Positions 9,017 to 17,557 of a DNA stretch of 64,000 nt are shown here, piece after piece (positions within the stretch are counted from its first letter, which is position 1; each line of letters opens with the position of its first letter). This DNA is from Actinomycetota bacterium (GTDB lineage Bacteria; Actinomycetota; UBA4738; HRBIN12). The stretch is from NCBI GenBank assembly GCA_035711865.1, contig DASTBT010000129.1:10343-74342 (forward strand). Reading direction: 5' to 3'. Under the pieces are notes generated by a model that was not told where the DNA came from, searched no databases, and saw only the letters and a list, made by a program, of their open reading frames with translations. The position numbers were made by a program, and so were the translations under genes.

Positions 9017-9700
9017 ATGCCGACACCGGTCGACTGCCTGATCGAGGCCGGGAGCAAGCGCACGTTCGCGAGCGCCGTCGCATGGCCGGGATGGTGCCGC
9101 GCCGGCCGCGACGAGGACGAGGCGCTGCAGGCCCTCTGGTCCTACGGAGAGCGCTACGCCCAGGCGATGAAGGCGTCGGGCGTGCGCTTCTCGGCGCCGA
9201 GATCGTCGGAGAGCTTCCACGTGATCGAGCGGGTGGCCGGCAACGCCACGACCGACTTCGGCGCGCCCGACGGCGTCTACGACGCCGACGACGAGCCGGT
9301 CCCGGCCCGTGAGTGGACCCGGGCCCGCAGGGTGCTGGAAGGCTGCTGGGCCGCCTTCGACGGAGCGGCCGCCGCCGCCGAGGGGATCGAGCTGCGCAAG
9401 GGGCCACGCGGCGGCGGCCGCGGGCTCGACGCGATCGTCGCCCATGTCGTCGGCGCCGAGGCCGGCTACCTGCGCATGTTGACGGGAGACACGGTGGAGG
9501 TCGACGAGGCGGATGCGTGGGCGGGCCGTCTGGCCGAACGTGCCGCTCTGCTCGAGGGGCTCGATCGAGCGAAGGCGGGAGACCTGCCCGAGCGCGGTCC
9601 GCGAGGTGGCAAGCGGTGGAAGCCTCGGCGCTTCCTTCGGCGGACCGCCTGGCACGTGCTCGACCACGCGTGGGAGATCGAGGACCGCAGGACCGGCTGA
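9017..9700 (+). CDS. hypothetical protein, HicB-like N-terminal fold plus DinB-like C-terminal helical bundle
   Basis: N-terminus FASAVAWPGWCRAGRDEDEALQAL matches the UPF0150/HicB PGC..G.T.EEA pattern. C-terminus has His-rich DinB-type motifs (IVAHVVGAEAGY, WHVLDHAWEIEDR). Starts 12 nt after the NYN gene. Confidence 0.6.
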   Translation: MPTPVDCLIEAGSKRTFASAVAWPGWCRAGRDEDEALQALWSYGERYAQAMKASGVRFSAPRSSESFHVIERVAGNATTDFGAPDGVYDADDEPVPAREWTRARRVLEGCWAAFDGAAAAAEGIELRKGPRGGGRGLDAIVAHVVGAEAGYLRMLTGDTVEVDEADAWAGRLAERAALLEGLDRAKAGDLPERGPRGGKRWKPRRFLRRTAWHVLDHAWEIEDRRTG

Positions 9701-9777
9701 GCGGGGCTACCCTGTTGATGTGGTCGACGAAGAGGGTCGGCCGACGGATGGAGCAGCCGTAGTGAGGGAGGAAGGCG

Positions 9778-9984
9778 ATGAAAGCAGCGGCCGGTGACGT
9801 GCTCAGGATCAGGGGCCACCGGATCGGAGAACCCGATCGAGACGCCGAGATCGTCGAGGTCCGGGGTGATGACGGTGGTCCTCCGTTCCTCGTCCGCTGG
9901 GAGGACGGTCACGAAGGGCTGATGTTCCCGGAGTCCGATGCCGAGATCGTGCACGTCGGGGAGGCGGCCGATCCCCGGCACTAG
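9778..9984 (+). CDS. DUF1918 domain protein
   Basis: 68 aa. IVEVRGDDGGPPFLVRWEDGHEGLMFPESDA is the characteristic DUF1918 core. Confidence 0.75.
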   Translation: MKAAAGDVLRIRGHRIGEPDRDAEIVEVRGDDGGPPFLVRWEDGHEGLMFPESDAEIVHVGEAADPRH

Positions 9985-11444
9985 ATGAAATGGTCTTCGT
10001 TGGGCACGGTGCCCGGCTGCCACCCTTCGAAGCCCTCGGGGAAGGCGAACGCGCCCCCGAAGGTCGGGGCGCTCTCGCGGCCGAAGACCGGCTCGCGCGG
10101 CGCCTTCTTGAAGTCGAAGACGTGTTCGAACGAGTGCGTGTTCTCGATGCGCGGGGTCAGGTAGGGCAGGCCCCAATTGTCGGCGATGAACCGGAGCGGT
10201 GTGGAGAACTCGCCGACCTCGGTGTCGATGACGCCTCGCTCCGTGTACGGGCTGATCGTGAGCAGTGGCACCCGCACGCCGAGTCCGAGGTCGTCGACGA
10301 CCGGAGGGGTCACGGGGTCGTAGAAGCCGCCCCACTCGTCCCACGTGAGGAAGATCGCCGTGTGCTCCCACATCCGGCTGCGCATCACCGCGTTCACGAT
10401 CTCGCTGACCCAGTTGTGGGCGTGCCCGGTCGAGTACGGCGGGTGGTCGGAGAGCTCGAACCGAGGGGTCACCCACGTCACCGCCGGCAGCTTCTCCGCC
10501 TCGATGTCGTTCACGATCCGGTCGATCGGGCGCATGTGCTGCTCCCAGAGGTCCGAGTGGAACACGTTCCCGATGCCGTTGTAGGCGTTCCAGAAGTAGC
10601 CGACCTGTCCCGGTGAGGCCGAGTAGTAGGTCCAGTCGACGCCGACATCGGTGAGCTGCTCGCCGACCGTGCGGTAGTTGAAGCACGTGTCGCGCTTCGT
10701 GAGGTTCCCCTTATCGTCCTTGACGAACACGAACACGTCGTCGCCGAGCGCGTCGCATCCCCAACTCTTGAAGCGCTTGCCGTCGGTGACCCTCGTCTCG
10801 ATGTTCTCCGGGTTGTCGAGCACGCCGCCGGACTGCCCGGCGACGAAGTAATAGTGGTTCGGGTACGAGGGACCGCCGACGCTCGCGAAGAAGTGGTCGG
10901 AGAGCGCGTACTCCCGGGCCCACGTCCAGTAGTTCGGGATCTGGTCCTCGTCGAAGATGGAGTACGCGTAGGTCGAACCGAACTCTCCGTTGCCGAACCC
11001 GTCCATCTTGTCGCCGTTGACGCAGTTGAGGTGCGCGGCGCGGTCGTGGGGGATGTCGCCGGGCAGCCACTCCGGGCAGCGGATCAACGGCTTCTCCCTG
11101 CCGTACTCCAGCCCCACGGTCGTTCCCTCGACACCCGGGAACCTGCCGAACATCGTGTTGAAGCTGCGGTTCTCCAACATGATGTAGACGACCCGCTTGA
11201 TCGGCGTCGCCGTGTCGATCTCGGGCGTCGGGTCGCCGAGCCTCGGCACGACCTTGCCGCCGGTGCAGGAGAAGAGCACGCCCCCGGCGACCGCCATCGC
11301 CGAACCCTGCAGGAACCGGCGCCGTGTGAGGTACGGGATCGGGTGCGCGGGAGCGCGTTCCTCGTCGCGAGGATGCATCCGCTCGGGCATGGGTCCATCT
11401 ATATCAGTCATTGTGTCGTCGCTATCCTTGGCCCCACCGTGCAC
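9981..11444 (-). CDS. phosphoesterase family protein (phospholipase C / AcpA-like), Tat-exported
   Basis: Twin-arginine signal (LTRRRFLQGSAMAVAGG) and phosphoesterase-family core (VVYIMLENRSFNTMFG, HPPYSTGHAHNW). Start uncertain among Met codons at 11444, 11411, 11390 and 11378. Confidence 0.85.
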   Translation of the reverse strand: MHGGAKDSDDTMTDIDGPMPERMHPRDEERAPAHPIPYLTRRRFLQGSAMAVAGGVLFSCTGGKVVPRLGDPTPEIDTATPIKRVVYIMLENRSFNTMFGRFPGVEGTTVGLEYGREKPLIRCPEWLPGDIPHDRAAHLNCVNGDKMDGFGNGEFGSTYAYSIFDEDQIPNYWTWAREYALSDHFFASVGGPSYPNHYYFVAGQSGGVLDNPENIETRVTDGKRFKSWGCDALGDDVFVFVKDDKGNLTKRDTCFNYRTVGEQLTDVGVDWTYYSASPGQVGYFWNAYNGIGNVFHSDLWEQHMRPIDRIVNDIEAEKLPAVTWVTPRFELSDHPPYSTGHAHNWVSEIVNAVMRSRMWEHTAIFLTWDEWGGFYDPVTPPVVDDLGLGVRVPLLTISPYTERGVIDTEVGEFSTPLRFIADNWGLPYLTPRIENTHSFEHVFDFKKAPREPVFGRESAPTFGGAFAFPEGFEGWQPGTVPNEDHFI

Positions 11445-11480
11445 ACAGCTTCGTCACATCGCGCCCTGATACTGTCGCCC

Positions 11481-12209
11481 GTGTCGCGCCGAGCCCAACC
11501 CCCTTCCAGGTCGCGGCCGCCCGTGCGCCTGCTCGTCGCGATCCTCGTGCTGCTCGCTCTGGGTGCCACATCCTGTGACGGAGGGAACGATCGCGAGCGC
11601 GGCGGCGGTTTCGGGGCGGTCCCGTCGACGGAGACCGCCACCCCGAGCGACGCATTTACGCCCTCGGCGAGCGTCGCGCCGTCTCCCACGCAAGCCGCAG
11701 TGCCCGACCCGCCCCCGAAGACCCGCGGCGCCGCATCTCCGACCTGCGTCGAAGGCTGGCGCACGCCGCCGCGCGATACGCCGCTGTACACCGATCCCCT
11801 GGGCATCGTACGGCGCACGGCGCCGGTCGACGGCGAGTTCACCGTGGTCGACATGCGATACTTCACCGGCCCGGAGTCGCCCCCGTCCGACAAGGGGTAC
11901 ATCCTCGAGATCGACCGTTGGTACATCAAGCTGTTCGTTGAGTCGGACTGGAGCTATCAGGGCAGGTTCATCGTCGAGGCCCGCCGGTTCGGCCGCGGGG
12001 TGGCGGCGGTGGCGCCCTACGACACGAACGGGTTCCGCTCGCCGGACTGGACGGGCTTCCAATGGGACTCGGCCGACACCGAGGCGCGAGCGTATCCAGG
12101 TCTGCCGGGACGGTGGACGGGCGTCCCCTACGACTTCGTGCGGGGCGGCGCCGGGCTCGATATCCCCGGCCTCCCCGACGAGGTGCGTGGATGTCTCGAC
12201 GGAGCGTGA
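11481..12209 (+). CDS. putative secreted lipoprotein
   Basis: In-frame GTG at 11481 inside ORF 10854..12209. Signal plus lipobox (LLVAILVLLALGATSC), a Pro/Ser/Thr-rich linker, then a globular domain. The upstream part of the ORF is antisense to the phosphoesterase gene. Confidence 0.6.
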   Translation: MSRRAQPPSRSRPPVRLLVAILVLLALGATSCDGGNDRERGGGFGAVPSTETATPSDAFTPSASVAPSPTQAAVPDPPPKTRGAASPTCVEGWRTPPRDTPLYTDPLGIVRRTAPVDGEFTVVDMRYFTGPESPPSDKGYILEIDRWYIKLFVESDWSYQGRFIVEARRFGRGVAAVAPYDTNGFRSPDWTGFQWDSADTEARAYPGLPGRWTGVPYDFVRGGAGLDIPGLPDEVRGCLDGA

Positions 12210-12545
12210 GACCTGGGCCTTGGGGCATCCGGCCGTTGCGCCATGCCCCCGCGCAGGGAGTTCCATGGAGCCATGAACGAACGTCGCGATCGGCACCACC
12301 TCTCCACGTAGCGATCCGCTCGGAGTCGTCGCGGCCCTCTGCGGCGTCGCCGGGTTCGCGACGACCGTCGTGCTCTGGCCTACAAGATGCGTCCTGGCTT
12401 CGTGATCCTCGGCGCATTCCTGTCGTCTCTCGGCGGCCCGGCCACCACGTCGGCTGTCGTTGCGCTCGTGCTGGGTGCGGTGGCCTGACCTACTCGGTGC
12501 TGGCGTGGCAGGGCATCGTCGGGGCGTCAGCGGCACCCACGTCGG

Positions 12546-12815
12546 TCACCGGCCTGTAGCGAGGTCCGTGGTTCGCGACCTCTGCTTGCGGCAGCGGCGC
12601 CTCGCCCGGAGCTCGTACCACCGGAACTCACCACGCCGATGCGAGGCGGCGCGAGCCGCCTTGGCGAGGTTCGCCTTCCGCATCGCCGGCGCGACCTCAG
12701 AGGCGGTCTGGACGTACTCGGTCGAGGTCTGCAGGTCGGCGCCCGTCCATTGGGTCGTCGACGGGTCGGGGTTGTTGTCGCGCTCCGGATGCTCCGTCCA
12801 GCCGCCGCGGCCCAT
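12546..12815 (-). CDS. small hypothetical protein
   Basis: ATG at 12815 with GGAGG (12824-12828) 8 nt upstream. Lies 30 nt downstream of the acyl-CoA dehydrogenase stop. High GC3. Non-repetitive N-terminus (MGRGGWTEHPERDNNPDPSTTQWTGADLQ) and an Arg-rich tail. Confidence 0.5.
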   Translation of the reverse strand: MGRGGWTEHPERDNNPDPSTTQWTGADLQTSTEYVQTASEVAPAMRKANLAKAARAASHRRGEFRWYELRARRRCRKQRSRTTDLATGR

Positions 12816-12845
12816 GGGCACGTCCTCCCTGGTGGAGATCTCAGC

Positions 12846-14027
12846 CTACGCCCGGGTCGGCCATCCTGTGTAGAGATCAGCGCCGCGCTTCCGGAGCTCG
12901 TTGCCGATCACGAGCCGCTGGATCTCGCTGGTGCCTTCCCAGATGCGGTCGACGCGGAGCTCGCGGTACATGCGTTCGACCGGCTGCTCCCGCATGTACC
13001 CACGGCCGCCGAAGATCTGGACGGCCTTGTCGATCACCCGCCCGGCCGTCTCGCTGCACACGAGCTTCACCGCGCTCGCCATCGCGTGGGTCTGCTTCCT
13101 CGTCGCATCGCCGCGGGCCGCGTCCCAGCAGACGCGGTAGAGCAACGACTTGGCGGCCATGACCTCGGCTGCCATGTCGGCGAGCATGAACTCGACGGCC
13201 TGGAACTCCACGATCGGTCGGCCGAACTGTCGTCGTTCCTGCGCGAACGCGAGGGACAGCTCGAGTGCGCGGGCGCTCGCGCCCATCGTGCGCGCACCGA
13301 TCATGATGCGCTCCTCCACGAACCAGTCCTTCGTGAGCTCGAAGCCCTCGCCGATCTCCCCGAGGACGCGGTCGTCGCCGACCCGGACGCCGTCGAACGC
13401 GTAGATCGGATGCTCGAAGACGAAGGTGTGCGTGTACCGTGGCGTCCGCACGAGTCGCACCCCCGGTGTGTCCTTATCGATGAGGAAAACCGTGGCCTTG
13501 GCGGCGTCACCATCGACGTGGGCGTGCACGAGGAAGAAGTCCGCGACGTCGCCGCTCGTCACGTGCCATTTCTCGCCGTCGATCACCCACGCGTCGCCGT
13601 CGCGGCGCGCCGTCGTCGCGACCGCCGTCACGTCCGACCCGGCGCCCTCCTCGGTGATCGCGTACGCGTCGCGGCGCTCGCCTCTGATCGCGGGTCGAAG
13701 GAAGCGTTCCTTCTGTTCCTCGGTGCCCCGCGCGAGTGGGATCGACGGCCGCCAGGGGATGTCCCACAACGCCCCGGTCGCTCGTCCCCACTGCTCTTCG
13801 ATCAGCATCTGCCGGAACGTGTCGTAGCCCCGCCCGCCGTCCTCGACCGCGTGGTTGATGCCATGGAACTCCCACTTGAGCACGGCCCGCTTGGCACCCT
13901 CGTGGCTCTCGGTCGTCAGACCGTCGTTGGCCTCGCACTCGTCTTCGAGCGGCACCAACACGTCGTCGGTGAACGCGCGTGCCTTCTGCTGCAATGTCCG
14001 GTCGTCATCGGAGAGCCTCAGGTCCAC
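12846..14027 (-). CDS. acyl-CoA dehydrogenase family protein
   Basis: 393 aa. ACAD N/M/C domain pattern (AYAITEEGAGSDV..., QIFGGRGYMREQPVERMYRELRVDRIWEGTSEIQ). Confidence 0.9.
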   Translation of the reverse strand: MDLRLSDDDRTLQQKARAFTDDVLVPLEDECEANDGLTTESHEGAKRAVLKWEFHGINHAVEDGGRGYDTFRQMLIEEQWGRATGALWDIPWRPSIPLARGTEEQKERFLRPAIRGERRDAYAITEEGAGSDVTAVATTARRDGDAWVIDGEKWHVTSGDVADFFLVHAHVDGDAAKATVFLIDKDTPGVRLVRTPRYTHTFVFEHPIYAFDGVRVGDDRVLGEIGEGFELTKDWFVEERIMIGARTMGASARALELSLAFAQERRQFGRPIVEFQAVEFMLADMAAEVMAAKSLLYRVCWDAARGDATRKQTHAMASAVKLVCSETAGRVIDKAVQIFGGRGYMREQPVERMYRELRVDRIWEGTSEIQRLVIGNELRKRGADLYTGWPTRA

Positions 14028-14097
14028 GTTCGCTCACTCCTCGTGGCAGGTAGGGTTCGGCGCGAGTCTAGGGCGGCACTCCGAGGAGGCGTGAACC

Positions 14098-15321
14098 GTG
14101 AGCAGGACGGTGTTCCACGGTGGCGTGGTGTTCGATGGTTCCGGAGCCGCCCCCGCTGAGGCGGACGTCGTGATCGACGACGGTCGCTTCGTCGAGGTCG
14201 GGCCGGACCTCGACGGCGACGACGGCGTCGACTGCGGCGGCATGGCCCTGTTGCCCGGCCTGTTCGATTGCCACGTGCACCTCGCGTATCGCTACGAGGA
14301 CTTCGACGAGTTCGCGCGCATGCAGGAGCCGTTCTCCCTGCCGTTCTTCCGCATGGCGGAGAACCTGCGGCAGACGCTGGTGCTCGGCATCACGACGGTC
14401 CGAGACGCCTCGGGCGCCGACGCAGGCCTTCGGTCCGCCGTCGACGAGGGTTCGCTCATCGGCCCACGGATGCAGCTCTCGGTGACGATGCTGTCGATGA
14501 CCGGCGGCCACAACGACCCCTGGCTTCCGAGCGGCGCTCGCGGGGTCTTCGGCGTGGAGTACCCGGGCATGCCCTCGGGTGTCTGCGATGGGGTCGAGGG
14601 GGTGAGCGCCAAGGTGCGTGAGGTGATCCGGGCCGGGGCGGACGTCGTCAAGATCGCGTCGAGCGGCGGGTTCCTCTCACCCGCCGACGATCCTCGTGAG
14701 CCGAACTACTCGCAGGAGGAGGTCGACGCCATCGTAGGCACCGCGGCCGACCTGGGCACTTGGGTGATGTCGCACGCACACGGGGCGGAGGGCATCAAGC
14801 GTGCGGTGCGCGCCGGTGTCCGCTCGATCGATCACGGGACCTTCCTCGACGCCGAGGCGGCGGAGATGATGGTCGAGCACGGCGCCTGGCTCGTACCGAC
14901 GCTGACGGCTGGCGACACGACCGAAGCACTGGCTGCCGACGAGAAGGTGCCGGTACAGGTGCGCGAGAAGCTACGGGAGCTCGGCCGGCCTGAGTTCGAC
15001 GCGATGCGACTCGCGGCCGACGCCGGTGTGAAGGTCGCGATGGGCACCGACTGCCCGGTGGCGCCCCACGGCACGAACCTGAACGAGCTGCGACACATGG
15101 CCGCGCATGGCTTCTCCCCGGCCCAGGCATTGCGCGCGGCGACCGCGAGCGCCGCCGAGCTGATGGGGTTGCAGGACCACCTCGGCACGATCGAAACGGG
15201 GAAACAGGCCGATCTCGTGCTGGTCCGGGGCGACCCGCTCGACTTCGACGACCTCGAGTCCCGCATCGTTCAGGTGTGGAAGGACGGCGCCAGGCTCGTG
15301 CCGTTCTCGGCGCCCGGCTAG
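14098..15321 (+). CDS. amidohydrolase family metal-dependent hydrolase
   Basis: GTG start with GAGGAGG upstream. LLPGLFDCHVHL HxH motif, later SHAHG and DHG metal ligands. Confidence 0.9.
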   Translation: MSRTVFHGGVVFDGSGAAPAEADVVIDDGRFVEVGPDLDGDDGVDCGGMALLPGLFDCHVHLAYRYEDFDEFARMQEPFSLPFFRMAENLRQTLVLGITTVRDASGADAGLRSAVDEGSLIGPRMQLSVTMLSMTGGHNDPWLPSGARGVFGVEYPGMPSGVCDGVEGVSAKVREVIRAGADVVKIASSGGFLSPADDPREPNYSQEEVDAIVGTAADLGTWVMSHAHGAEGIKRAVRAGVRSIDHGTFLDAEAAEMMVEHGAWLVPTLTAGDTTEALAADEKVPVQVREKLRELGRPEFDAMRLAADAGVKVAMGTDCPVAPHGTNLNELRHMAAHGFSPAQALRAATASAAELMGLQDHLGTIETGKQADLVLVRGDPLDFDDLESRIVQVWKDGARLVPFSAPG

Positions 15322-15327
15322 CGCTGC

Positions 15328-16173
15328 GTGTACTCGTTCGGGCTCGCTCTGGCCTCGGGCCTGACGTGGGGCACCGCCGACTTCGTCGGCGGCCTGATGT
15401 CGAGGCGCCTTCCGACGGCCGTCGTCATGGTCGTCAGTCAGGGCGCCGGGCTGATCCTCACCTCGGCGCTCGTGGTGGGGCTCGGCGAACCCCGGCCCGA
15501 GGCGCGGTTCCTCGTCGCCGGGGCGCTCGGGGGGCTCGCCGGGGCGATCGGGCTCGCCTCGCTCTATCGAGGGCTCGCGATCGGCCGCATGAGCATCGTC
15601 GCCCCCGTCGCCTCCCTCTCGGGCGCGGTGCCGGTGATCGTCGGCTTCCTGCAGGGGGAACGTCCGACGACCGTGCAGCTCGTCGGCATGGCGGTCGCGG
15701 GGGCGGGCGTGCTGCTGGCCGTGCGCGCTCCCGAGCCACCTGGTGGGGCGGAAGTGAGAGGGACCCGCGGCGTCGGGCTCGCACTCGTGGCCGCTCTGTT
15801 CCTGGGGCTCTTCGTGACATCGCTCGACGTCGCGGGAGAGGCGAGCGCCCTGTGGGCATCGCTGATGGTCAGGGTGGTATCGGTGCCCCTGTTCGTGATC
15901 GCGGCCGTCGCCACAGCACGGCATGCGAGGCGCCCGACCGGAAGGGAGCTGGGCATCCTCGCCGGCGTCGGGGCGCTCGACAACGGGGCCAACGTGCTGT
16001 TCGCGCTCGCGTCGCGGGAAGGGCTGCTCACCCTCGTCTCGGTGCTCGGCTCCCTCTACCCTGTCGCGACGGTGCTGCTGGCGCGTTGGTTCCTGCACGA
16101 GCAGCTCGCTCGGTGGCAGGTGGCGGGCGTCGTCGCGGCGTTCCTCGGCGTTGCGCTGATCGCGGCCGGCTGA
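15328..16173 (+). CDS. EamA/DMT family transporter
   Basis: 281 aa with about 10 TM. Two EamA-like halves (GLTWGTADFVGG...). Confidence 0.85.
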   Translation: MYSFGLALASGLTWGTADFVGGLMSRRLPTAVVMVVSQGAGLILTSALVVGLGEPRPEARFLVAGALGGLAGAIGLASLYRGLAIGRMSIVAPVASLSGAVPVIVGFLQGERPTTVQLVGMAVAGAGVLLAVRAPEPPGGAEVRGTRGVGLALVAALFLGLFVTSLDVAGEASALWASLMVRVVSVPLFVIAAVATARHARRPTGRELGILAGVGALDNGANVLFALASREGLLTLVSVLGSLYPVATVLLARWFLHEQLARWQVAGVVAAFLGVALIAAG

Positions 16174-16193
16174 CCGACCGGTCTCCACTCGTC

Positions 16194-17489
16194 TCAGCCC
16201 GAGAGGATGCGGGTGACGTCGGCGGCGGCTTCGTGTCCAGATCGGATCGCGCCCTCGATCCATCCAGCGCCTTCGGCGGCGATGTCGGACCCGGCGAACG
16301 CGATCCGGCCCTGACGGCGACGGCGCGACGAGGCATCCTCGGCGTACCACCCCGGCTTGGGGGCGAACCAGGTGCCCTTCGAGTACGGGTCGGCGACCCA
16401 GTCGTGGCCGTCGGCGGCTCGCACCTTCGCATCGGGGAAGTATTCCCGGATCCCCCGCTCGACGCCGTCGCGGTCGTCCGCCCGGATCGACCGGGTCCCG
16501 GAGAACCCGGTCACGAGCCGGCCGCCGGGCACCTCGGGTCCCACGATCACGGCCTGGAGCGGCGCCGGCCAGCCCACGCCCACGGCCCGATCCGGTACCT
16601 GCTCCACGAGCGCGAGCGTCTTGGTGACCGCTCCCGCATGCCCGCCGATCGCCGCCCGTCGTTTCGGATCCGCGAGCGGGGGGTCGAACGACACGTCGAC
16701 CCAGACGTGCAGTGGGAGAGCGACAACCGCGGCCGATGCCCGGACCTCGCCGCCCCCGGCGATGTCGAGGGTCATCCCGTCAACGGACGATCTGACGCGG
16801 ACGACCGGGCTCAGCAGACGCACGTCGGCAGCGGCCTGGCGGACGATCGCGTCCACGAGGCTCGAGGTGCCCTCGGCGAACATCGAGCCGAAGTCGGTGA
16901 AGATATCGGCGAACCGGTAGCTCTCCTCGGCGGCGTCCAGCAGCAGTCCCAGCATGGACATGCGGCTCGGGTCGCCGCCACCCATCGCGGCCGCGAACGC
17001 CTTCACGAATGAGGCGGCATCGCCGCCGACGCCGTTCGCGTCGAGCCACTCCGTGACGGGCACGTCGTGTCCTCCAATCCCGTCGGCCCAGGTTGGGCGA
17101 CCCGACGGGATGGGGGTCATCTTCTCGAGGAGATCGATCGACTCGCCGATGGCCGGTGCGGAGTCGAGGGCCTCGGACAGGCTCCGGAGTGCATCGCCTC
17201 GAAGCGTCCCGTCGGCGAGCCAGGTGACGGACGAGGTCGGGACCGATCGGCTGATCGGCACACCGGCCCGAGCGATCTCGGCCGACAACGCCGTCTGGGA
17301 GTCGGGGAAGACCCACCCCGCGCCGTATTCGGCCTTCACGCCGGTGCCGGGGATCTCGCGGTACCAGGCACGGCCGCCCAAGCGGTCGCGTGCCTCGAGG
17401 AGCACGACCGAGCGGCCGGCTTCCCGCAGGTCGCGAGCCGCGACCAGACCCGCGAACCCACCCCCGACGACCGCCACGTCTACATCCAC
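16194..17489 (-). CDS. flavin-containing amine oxidase
   Basis: MDVDVAVVGGGFAGLVAARDL...VLLEARDRLGGR dinucleotide-binding and amine-oxidase signature. Confidence 0.9.
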   Translation of the reverse strand: MDVDVAVVGGGFAGLVAARDLREAGRSVVLLEARDRLGGRAWYREIPGTGVKAEYGAGWVFPDSQTALSAEIARAGVPISRSVPTSSVTWLADGTLRGDALRSLSEALDSAPAIGESIDLLEKMTPIPSGRPTWADGIGGHDVPVTEWLDANGVGGDAASFVKAFAAAMGGGDPSRMSMLGLLLDAAEESYRFADIFTDFGSMFAEGTSSLVDAIVRQAAADVRLLSPVVRVRSSVDGMTLDIAGGGEVRASAAVVALPLHVWVDVSFDPPLADPKRRAAIGGHAGAVTKTLALVEQVPDRAVGVGWPAPLQAVIVGPEVPGGRLVTGFSGTRSIRADDRDGVERGIREYFPDAKVRAADGHDWVADPYSKGTWFAPKPGWYAEDASSRRRRQGRIAFAGSDIAAEGAGWIEGAIRSGHEAAADVTRILSG

Positions 17490-17557
17490 GCGCGGAAGCG
17501 TAGTCCGTCGGTCGGTGGGCGTTGTCCCGCAGGGGAGGCACCGATACGCTCCGCCGC

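Noticed and set aside
7664-9667. 667-aa minus-strand ORF. Similar long shadow ORFs lie at 2576..4120, 5221..6771, 12639..14159, 14971..16350, 15276..17012, 16780..18087, 20898..22652, 23242..24942, 24961..26367, 36214..38166, 40251..41741, 41099..42868 and 42310..43536.
   Set aside because: All overlap well-supported genes on the other strand or in another frame. They have Arg/Pro/Gly/Asp-dominated composition and no recognisable motifs. Such stop-free shadow frames are expected at this GC content.
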